The notes below the pieces were generated by a model. It saw nothing but the letters and a program-made list of their open reading frames with translations, did not search any database and had not been told where the DNA came from. A stretch of 25,487 nucleotides of DNA, from positions 1 to 25,487 of IMG/VR virus record IMGVR_UViG_3300002091_000110. One strand, written 5' to 3'. Positions 8,124 through 15,535 of the stretch are shown here, piece after piece (the stretch's first letter is position 1; every line of letters begins with the position of its first letter). The stretch is from a virus. Its lineage: Duplodnaviria > Caudoviricetes. The position numbers and the translations under genes are program-made.

Positions 8124-9476
8124 TCACTTCTGCTTGCCGATCATGACCGTGCGATTCGTCGCAACGGTTGGACCCAGCATTACCTTGCCCGTCGTAGGCG
8201 AGATCTTGTCAGACGCATCGCGCTGCCATGTGCCCTTCGGAGTCTTGATCCGGCCCGGATCATACTTGACGAAGAAGCCTTTCGAGTCCTTGTGAGACTC
8301 TTCGATCTTGCCGGTCGCCTTCTTGTTCTTCAAACCAACGATCACGCCATCAGCGCCTTCCGGCTGAATGTCAAGCGGCCTGAAATCATGCGTGTCGCCG
8401 TTGATGACCTTGTAGGTCTTGCCTGTCTCCGTGTCCTTCACGGTGCTGGGCAGATGCTCCTTGTCGGTGAAGGCCATGGCAACATTGTAACCGCCATCCA
8501 GACGACGGCGCATCGATGTCCAGTTGCTGTTCGAGTTGTGGACATCGTCGCCGTTCTCAGCCTTGTGATGCGAAATGCCGGACGACGAATAGGTGTAGTG
8601 GTGATTGGGTGCGATGGGGTCGGTGTTGTTCTTGGTGTAATCGTAGAAAGCCACGTCCGGGTGGTTCTCAATGATCGACTTGTGGACCCGCGGGTTGATG
8701 TCCGACAGCACGTTCAGGCGCACCCCCAGCATGTTGCCGTTTCCGGCGGCCTGATTCTTCGCTTCGGTGATCTCGTCATGCAGCTTGACCGCGAAGCTCT
8801 CTGGATCCCGCAGGAAGGCCAGCGTCTTGCGCAGGCTGTTGAGGCGCGGACCCTTGAATTCGGAAAGATCCTGTCCGCCACCCAGTTTGAAGTAGTTGCC
8901 GGATGTCTTGCCCAGACATTCGTCCTTGCAGGGCGCGGAATTCGGGCAGGTGGTGAACTTTCCTTCTTGGAAAGCAGGCGCGAGAGCCAAACCGGCGGCC
9001 TCAATGCCGCGGCCGTCGTGATATTGCACCGGCTTTTCGCCCTTGTAGCCGTCTTCCGTCTTCATGAGCTTGGCATTCTTGCCCAGCAGCGAAATTGGCT
9101 TGCGATTCTGGTCGCGCCCGACATATTCGGCAACTGCGTTGGCCGCTTTCTGCGAATTTGCAGCCCTTTCGGCCGGGGGGAGCGACAAATGGTGGGTAAT
9201 TGCCCGGTCGAAGGCGTCCGCGAGCATTTTCGTGGTGACTGTGCCCGGCTCCGTCTTCTTGCCGGTCGGAATCGGGATGCTGGACCCCATGCCCATTTGC
9301 GGCGGGGCCACGTTGAACGGCATTCTGGGCCTTAGCGGGGGCTGTGGGCGGTCCAAACCGCCGCCAATGATGGTCCGGGAGGACACATCAGGCATGCCGC
9401 CATCCGCGTATCCACCCCTCTTGCCGGGTTGCCGGGCAAGACGCATCGCTTTTGCAATGGGATCTGCATAATTCAT
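8124..9476 (-). CDS. GP88-family protein with N-terminal extension
   Basis: CPNSAPCKDECL, VRLNVLSD, FYDYTK, NVAMAF, GDTHDFRPLD, IVGLKNK motifs. Confidence 0.75.
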   Translation of the reverse strand: MNYADPIAKAMRLARQPGKRGGYADGGMPDVSSRTIIGGGLDRPQPPLRPRMPFNVAPPQMGMGSSIPIPTGKKTEPGTVTTKMLADAFDRAITHHLSLPPAERAANSQKAANAVAEYVGRDQNRKPISLLGKNAKLMKTEDGYKGEKPVQYHDGRGIEAAGLALAPAFQEGKFTTCPNSAPCKDECLGKTSGNYFKLGGGQDLSEFKGPRLNSLRKTLAFLRDPESFAVKLHDEITEAKNQAAGNGNMLGVRLNVLSDINPRVHKSIIENHPDVAFYDYTKNNTDPIAPNHHYTYSSSGISHHKAENGDDVHNSNSNWTSMRRRLDGGYNVAMAFTDKEHLPSTVKDTETGKTYKVINGDTHDFRPLDIQPEGADGVIVGLKNKKATGKIEESHKDSKGFFVKYDPGRIKTPKGTWQRDASDKISPTTGKVMLGPTVATNRTVMIGKQK

Positions 9477-12226
9477 GACCGGGAACCCGTGTTTCGCGCC
9501 GTCATCATAGCTTTTCTGACCAATTTGTCCACGCCCTCAAGTAAAAGACCAGTAGATCCGCCTTTTGCGTACCCAACTCCACGCCCTTTACCAAAGGGAG
9601 ACCGCAATTGATCCGGGTGAAGAGCAATATAACTGTCCCGCGCCTCCGGGAATTCTGCCTTGAATTCTTCGTCGGACAGCTTGTTCAGCTTGTGGCGCGG
9701 CAAATGATGATTTTCCAGCCGCTTGCTCGCGGCGTGTGGCAGTTCATGCCGGTTCAGGTACACGACACTGTCGCAGCCGTGCTTCCTGATCATGTCGTGG
9801 ATGATCCCGATGGCTTCGTCCTGCCGCTGCTTGGTCAGACGATCATTTCCGCTCCAGACTCCGTCGTCATTTGCGCCCTGCTCCATGTTGGTCAACTGCT
9901 CTTCCAGTGCGGGGTCATGCTTCTCCAACCCCTTCGTAACAAGCTGGCGATAGACGACACTGGGTTCCCACGTTCCGTTGGTGTCTTCCAGCCGAAGCGA
10001 CTTCTTGAATTGCGCATCGACCGGGATGACGCGCGGCGACCGAGTCTTGTTGGCCCGTGGATCGTAATCCATGCGCTTGGCAAATTGATTTGCAGTGTCC
10101 TCGTCGCCCAGATGAACGCCAAGCTGGTCGTGCGAGATGAACGGATCTAGCTCTCCAATCCTGTCCGGGTGATCGGTGCCGTGGAACAGGCGCGGTGGTT
10201 CGAAGTGGACCTCGCCGCCTTCGGCATACTTGCGCGGCGCATCCAGAGTGTCGTGGTGGAAGATCACATAGTTCCGGGTGCCTGCGCCACGCACGCGCGA
10301 GGCTGCATCCAGATACCTGATGCCGGGCACGCCCATCTTGTGCAGATACCTGCTCAGGCGCTCTGCCGAGCCGCCGGAAACCTGTGGTTCAATCCCAGCC
10401 TTGTCTATCACATGGCCATGCATGACGCCGCTGGAGCGATGCAGGATCCGGTGATAGAGATCCCCGCCCCTGAACGGAATGCCGCGGTCATCCTTCTCAG
10501 GAATGCCTTCAGGGAAGAATGGCGCAATGGCCCGCTTCACCTTCTCATGCTGTTCTGCGACGGGCTTGTCCCAATCAAAGAACTCTTCAGGCTTCGCCTT
10601 CACCCGGACATGGTACATGTATCCCTTGGTGGGAAGCTCAAGGTTCTTGCCGCGGATCTCCTTGTCGGCCCACTCCTTCAATTCCTTGCTTGGGAACATC
10701 TGGCCCAGCGCGGAATTGTCCAGCGTGTCATTCGTCAGTTTGGGCGTCCACTTGTCATTGGGATTGTCCGACTGAAACTCAAGGCGCGCCTTCCACAGGC
10801 GATGCAGCACGTCTTCCTTGCTGCTGGGCTGGATTCCGCCCCTGATGATCTTGTGAACAACATCACCAACGGCGAGCTTGGGATCTGCTTTGGCCGCGAG
10901 ATTATTCCTATAGTTCCTTGCCACGTCTTCGCTATCGGCAAAGTAAAGCCCGTGGCCAAACATCTGGTTGCCTTCGCCGGATCCTATCCGGTTGACATCG
11001 AAGCTATCGAAATCATGTGGGCTGCCATGGTACACGTCGAAGCCACCATCATCGTCCACGCCGCCGCCTTCGGCCTTCGTGATGTCGGGATTTTCCGGGG
11101 TAAAGTGTCCACTATTATCGGTGGCATGTTTGATGGCACTTGGATCCAGAACAAAGATTTCTCCCGGTTCACCAATCTCTGAAGTGTCAAGTGCGCGAAT
11201 GCCATTTGCCTTCGCGTAGTGCAATATCTCTTGCTCTGAAATGTCGGGCAGTTCGCGCCCATAGTGCCCTTCTACATCATTGTAGAAGCCCATGATGCTG
11301 GGAAGATTGTCGGATTGAATATAGGCCGGAATTACTGTTGGATTTGGCGCACCACCATCACCGCGGTCATAACGGTTGTGAGCGTAGTTTTCCGCAACAT
11401 CACGATGCCGAGAGAAAGCAATTCCGGGCAATGCCGTTTCGTCGTGTTGGGATGTCCTGAAAACCTTAAAATCACCGTTGGGCGTGCCGTGGTACACAAC
11501 AAGAGGCTTGCCATTCCTGTCTACTACCCGGCTTTTCTTGAACCAATTTTTGAATTCGGGCGTTTCCGTGTGGTCATCCACCTTGCCACCATCCGCATGC
11601 ACCTGCCGCGGCACGCCGGGCATGTACTTCGACGGGTGGATCTGCCCCGGCGCGCGCTTGCGGGCTTCGGCCGCGTGCTTCAGGTCGAGACGGCCGCCGG
11701 TCGATCTCTCCTCGCGCCCTGCAGGCTTCGTGGTGTCCTCATGCTTCAGCCAATCCTTGAACTGGTCGATGCTCATGGGCTTGATCGACTGAATCCGCTG
11801 CGCGCCCTTGCCGTCCGAAAAGCCGCGGATGTAGGTCGCGCGCGCCTGAGCCTCTGATGCAAAGCCCAGCATCACCTTGTGTTCATCGAACTTGCCGGTC
11901 TCCGCGTCCTTCTGATCGACCACATAGACGTGCGACGATGCCGGATCAGGGCCGACGTAGACATCGACGTGGTCGCCGTCCGCGCCTTCGGTGCGCTTGA
12001 TGTAGCCGTAGTGCGCAGGCATGGTCACGGTCCAACGCCTGCCGTTGTGGCCGACGCCAGACCGCTTCCCGCCCTTCACGTTTTCGAGCGCGATGTCGAG
12101 ACCATGAATGCGGACGTGATGCTTCCGGTAATTACCGGCGGCCTTCTGCGCCTCAGTGGGTGCCGCCTGCTTGGCGATAGCCCCGGAGATCTTCAGCGCC
12201 TGCGAGATCTTGTCCGCACCATTCAT
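9473..12226 (-). CDS. Polyvalent protein: inorganic pyrophosphatase-like domain plus three ADP-ribosyltransferase-like (ART-PolyVal-type) domains
   Basis: PTEAQKAAGNY...HYGYI...GADGDHVDV...FDEHKVMLGF (PPase-like); FKNWF...VVDRNGKPLVVYHGT; VYHGSPHDFDSF...GEG...GHGLYF; LFHGT...GVHLG...DSYIAL. Confidence 0.8.
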   Translation of the reverse strand: MNGADKISQALKISGAIAKQAAPTEAQKAAGNYRKHHVRIHGLDIALENVKGGKRSGVGHNGRRWTVTMPAHYGYIKRTEGADGDHVDVYVGPDPASSHVYVVDQKDAETGKFDEHKVMLGFASEAQARATYIRGFSDGKGAQRIQSIKPMSIDQFKDWLKHEDTTKPAGREERSTGGRLDLKHAAEARKRAPGQIHPSKYMPGVPRQVHADGGKVDDHTETPEFKNWFKKSRVVDRNGKPLVVYHGTPNGDFKVFRTSQHDETALPGIAFSRHRDVAENYAHNRYDRGDGGAPNPTVIPAYIQSDNLPSIMGFYNDVEGHYGRELPDISEQEILHYAKANGIRALDTSEIGEPGEIFVLDPSAIKHATDNSGHFTPENPDITKAEGGGVDDDGGFDVYHGSPHDFDSFDVNRIGSGEGNQMFGHGLYFADSEDVARNYRNNLAAKADPKLAVGDVVHKIIRGGIQPSSKEDVLHRLWKARLEFQSDNPNDKWTPKLTNDTLDNSALGQMFPSKELKEWADKEIRGKNLELPTKGYMYHVRVKAKPEEFFDWDKPVAEQHEKVKRAIAPFFPEGIPEKDDRGIPFRGGDLYHRILHRSSGVMHGHVIDKAGIEPQVSGGSAERLSRYLHKMGVPGIRYLDAASRVRGAGTRNYVIFHHDTLDAPRKYAEGGEVHFEPPRLFHGTDHPDRIGELDPFISHDQLGVHLGDEDTANQFAKRMDYDPRANKTRSPRVIPVDAQFKKSLRLEDTNGTWEPSVVYRQLVTKGLEKHDPALEEQLTNMEQGANDDGVWSGNDRLTKQRQDEAIGIIHDMIRKHGCDSVVYLNRHELPHAASKRLENHHLPRHKLNKLSDEEFKAEFPEARDSYIALHPDQLRSPFGKGRGVGYAKGGSTGLLLEGVDKLVRKAMMTARNTGSRS

Positions 12227-12232
12227 GTGGCG

Positions 12233-13006
12233 TCACGAACCCCAAGTGATCTTCAGCGTGCCATGACGCACCTGTCCGTTCGACATCACCTGCACGACCG
12301 GGCCAGACTTGAGCGGGCCGGTCGAGTGGATATGGCCCTTGGCGTCCAGCACGATGGCATCCGACTTCTTGGTCAGGCCCTGCACCGTGAGCAGCGCGGA
12401 ACGGACAGCGCCACCGGCTTTGTAGGGGTGACCGCCGTTGCTACCCTTGTCTCCAGCGTTGCTGTTGTTCTGGCCCGTGTTCCCAAATTCGGACGGACCC
12501 TTCTGCGAGCGGGTCACACCGGCCGGGTTCTCATTATCTCCCCGCGGGTTCCATGCGGGGTCATCTTTGTAAAATCCATTGTCCGCGTTGTAGGGCTTCG
12601 CAGTCGGGTTGCCCTCCATGGATTGGTTGGGCGACGGTGGGTATGTAACCGTGGGCTGCGTGAAGGGGTTGGCCGATGCTGGATACCAGAAATGGGGAAT
12701 CACGGGCTTCGGCGGGGGCGGCGGAACAACTGTCGGCGGAACAACTGTCGGCGGCCGATAGGCGGGAACCGCACGGACGACGGGCGCAGGCGGTGTGTAA
12801 TTGCGCGCCGTGGTGCCGGTCTGGGTGCCGGTGTTGACGCCAAAATTCGCGCCATAGCCGCCGTTGACAGCAGCGCCGCCACCCGGACGACCGCCACCCT
12901 GTCCACCGCCCAGCCCACCATTGGCCGTGCCTCCACCACCATTGTTGATGGATCCACCGCCGCCGCGCCAATCGCTTGAGCCTGATGCGCTGTCCCGTGC
13001 CGACAT
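12233..13006 (-). CDS. Gly/Pro-rich protein with YKAGG motif and small C-terminal domain
   Basis: 257 aa, GAGGAG RBS, starts right after the portal stop codon. Confidence 0.7.
   Translation of the reverse strand: MSARDSASGSSDWRGGGGSINNGGGGTANGGLGGGQGGGRPGGGAAVNGGYGANFGVNTGTQTGTTARNYTPPAPVVRAVPAYRPPTVVPPTVVPPPPPKPVIPHFWYPASANPFTQPTVTYPPSPNQSMEGNPTAKPYNADNGFYKDDPAWNPRGDNENPAGVTRSQKGPSEFGNTGQNNSNAGDKGSNGGHPYKAGGAVRSALLTVQGLTKKSDAIVLDAKGHIHSTGPLKSGPVVQVMSNGQVRHGTLKITWGS
12720..12754. repeat. 15-bp tandem repeat (2.3 copies) encoding PPTVV
   Basis: GGCGGAACAACTGTC x2 plus GGCGG. Confidence 0.85.
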
Positions 13007-13007
13007 G

Positions 13008-15386
13008 TTACTTCTCCTCGCCTTCCGAGTTGGTTTTTGCCATCAATTCGTGAGCGTGCTTGATATGCTCACTCAGGTGATCACGTCCCTGCATCGCCAT
13101 GTCATGCTCGCGTTCTGCCGAAGCCTTGATGCTGTCGCTCTCCAGATCCATCTTCTTCATCGTCACGTCCGACTGCCGGTCGAGATCCCGGTTCTGATCG
13201 TCGGCCGCGGCGCGCTCCTGCTTGAACTGCAGATCCTGTGCCTTGAGATGCAGGCCAATGATCTTTGTCGGATCTTCCTGCGGCGGGGCCAAGCCACCGG
13301 CCGGGGGCTGCTGGGCTTTCAGCAGGTCGGCCTGCGCCTTCACCTGATTGGAACTGGCATTCATCTGGTCTACCGCGGCCTTGGCCTGCGCAGCCTGCGC
13401 CTTGGTGTCGGCCTCCTGATGCTGGATCTTCAGTTCCTCCATGCCCTTCAGGATTTCCGGCGGCGTTTCGTCCTGCTTGTCGGGCGGGGCCATGAACTGT
13501 TCGGGATTGCTCCAGCCAATTGCCGACAGTGCGGCCTTGTCTACTGCGACGGCATCATACAGGTTCGGGTTGGAACTCTGAAGCTGCTTCAGGGCCATGA
13601 TCTTCATCAGGCGCTGGGCGTGGCTGGCGGTGTTCGGATCCGCCTGCGGGACCAGATCAACCTGCTCCAGCGCCGTCAGGAACATCTGCTCATCCCACGG
13701 CATCGTCGGCTTGCGGTTGCGCTGCCAGAAGCTTTCCGGGTTTTCCTTGAAGCAGCGGACGATCAGCGTGAACTCCGCAGCCTGCGCCGCATGCATGCGC
13801 TTGTGGACCGCGTTCAGCACCTTGGCGGCCTGTTCGATCATGGCCAGCGTGGTGCCCACAGGGGCGTCAGGGCGGCCTTCGCCCACCTGAAGCTCCGACG
13901 TACCGCCGACGCGCTGGCCGGTCTGTGCGATGTTCTCCACCAACTGCATGAGGGCGGGGCTGGGTTCCTTGTAAGGCAGCGCCATGATGGCCTGACTGAT
14001 CGGCATGCCGCCGGTCTTCACCAGTGCACCGCCGCCGGGCGGAACCCGGAAGATGTTGGTGTTCTGGCGCGCGCCCGTATCGGCCATGAGGAAGCCGGGG
14101 AAATTCGAGAACATGCCCGCATCCAGAAGCTCGCGCCACGCCGCGGTGATGGCGTTGGTGGTGTTGCCCAGAATGTGGAGCAGGCCAATGTCGTAGAAGC
14201 CCAGACCCGGCACGAAGGTGTACTTGACGAAATTGGCGCGGGCTTCCGGCAGATCCTTGGTGTCTTCGTCGTAGTTGCGGACGATGGACAGAACCTTGCG
14301 GCTCGACACGTCGATGGTCACGCGATACGGAATTTCAAGGCCGGTGACCTTGCCCTTGCGCTTGTGCTGGAAGCCCTTGATGTCCAGTTCGCAGTAGATC
14401 TCATAGATCTCGCGGTCGCGCTCTTCGGGGTTCATGGTCGAGACGGAGACGCCCTGAATCTCGTTCTTCTCCTGCTGGACGCCGTCGAGTGTCGCGGCCA
14501 GCGGCGTGGCCAGATCTTCGTCCTTGTAGATGCCCAAGATCTGCATGCGCTTCACGGTGGACGGCCGCATCATGATGCGATGGGTAATGCGCTTGGCATT
14601 GTCCAAGTCGGTGGCAGATTGATTGACGATCAAGTCACCGGCATCCACGCTTTCGCTCACCGGCCGGTTTCTGATCGGGCAGAAATAGATCTTCTTGAAG
14701 GCCGTGCCACCAAAGCCAAGCATCAGCAGCATGCGGTCGGTGTCGGGGTAGTATTCCGTGGCCGTGCTGGTGAGATAGTGGTTCAGGTCGCGCTCCAGAG
14801 CATTGGCGATCTGGTCGGACTGTTGATTGGCGTTGTTGTTGTCCTCGCGGATCTTGACCGGGCCGTCTGTCGGCAGAAGCTCGCTGCGCGCATTGGCCTG
14901 AAAGCGCAACACGGCCTCCAGCAAAAGCGGGTGCCTCACGTTGCTCATGCCCTCGACCGGCGCGCCTTCCGCGGTGCCCTTCTGAACGGGAACCTCAAGC
15001 TTCAACCCCAGCAGCTTGAGCCCGGTCGCCCGGTTCTCAATCCAATCGTTGCGGCTGGTGATGTCGTCGCGCACGCCGCGGAGCAGTTCTTCGGAGATCC
15101 GCATCAGTTCCATGGCGTCAATATCATCTACTAAATTATCGAACCAATCGCGGTTGCGCGAATTGCTGCCAATGCCGGTGTGGCCCAGCGGCTGGCCGTC
15201 GATGCTGATGGTGAGGGAGCCGTCCGGGTGTTCGATGGACAGGATGTTGCCGGAATCGTCTGTTTCCGGCTGATCTTCGCCTTCGGCCGCATCCTGAATG
15301 GTGATGTCCGTATCGCCAGCCGTCAGCTTTTCCGGCTCAGGATAAACCTGACGAATCGACGGCGACAAGCCCGGCATCATTGGCAT
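13008..15386 (-). CDS. Portal protein
   Basis: 792 aa after terL; HPLLLEAVLRFQA...LLPTDGPVK, GTAFKKIY, PGLGFY, LLDAG, PVGTTLA motifs; coiled-coil C-terminal barrel. Confidence 0.9.
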   Translation of the reverse strand: MPMMPGLSPSIRQVYPEPEKLTAGDTDITIQDAAEGEDQPETDDSGNILSIEHPDGSLTISIDGQPLGHTGIGSNSRNRDWFDNLVDDIDAMELMRISEELLRGVRDDITSRNDWIENRATGLKLLGLKLEVPVQKGTAEGAPVEGMSNVRHPLLLEAVLRFQANARSELLPTDGPVKIREDNNNANQQSDQIANALERDLNHYLTSTATEYYPDTDRMLLMLGFGGTAFKKIYFCPIRNRPVSESVDAGDLIVNQSATDLDNAKRITHRIMMRPSTVKRMQILGIYKDEDLATPLAATLDGVQQEKNEIQGVSVSTMNPEERDREIYEIYCELDIKGFQHKRKGKVTGLEIPYRVTIDVSSRKVLSIVRNYDEDTKDLPEARANFVKYTFVPGLGFYDIGLLHILGNTTNAITAAWRELLDAGMFSNFPGFLMADTGARQNTNIFRVPPGGGALVKTGGMPISQAIMALPYKEPSPALMQLVENIAQTGQRVGGTSELQVGEGRPDAPVGTTLAMIEQAAKVLNAVHKRMHAAQAAEFTLIVRCFKENPESFWQRNRKPTMPWDEQMFLTALEQVDLVPQADPNTASHAQRLMKIMALKQLQSSNPNLYDAVAVDKAALSAIGWSNPEQFMAPPDKQDETPPEILKGMEELKIQHQEADTKAQAAQAKAAVDQMNASSNQVKAQADLLKAQQPPAGGLAPPQEDPTKIIGLHLKAQDLQFKQERAAADDQNRDLDRQSDVTMKKMDLESDSIKASAEREHDMAMQGRDHLSEHIKHAHELMAKTNSEGEEK

Positions 15387-15416
15387 GGTTGGTTCCCCAA
15401 AGGAATTTGGGACCGG

Positions 15417-15445
15417 ATAGTATCATCAATGCCTTGATGCCGCAA
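15417..15445 (-). promoter_or_regulatory. Putative portal-operon promoter with palindromic spacer
   Basis: TTGCGG-N17-TACTAT; the spacer contains CATCAA-N4-TTGATG. Confidence 0.6.
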
Positions 15446-15451
15446 TTCGGG

Positions 15452-15488
15452 AAAAAGGCACCGACCGGGTGGACCCAAGGCCGGTGCC
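15452..15488 (-). terminator. Intrinsic terminator after terL
   Basis: GGCACCGGCC...GGTCGGTGCC followed by TTTTT. Confidence 0.75.
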
Positions 15489-15535
15489 AAGTAAAGCAGG
15501 GAGGAAGTCCAAACCCGTCCCTTCTACCCTGTTTC

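Noticed and set aside
12864-15134. 756-aa plus-strand ORF and other long plus-strand ORFs (618-1622, 4204-5190, 8292-9335, 10169-11182, 11879-12979, 23041-23988)
   Set aside because: Antisense shadows of GC-biased real genes; no motifs or RBS support
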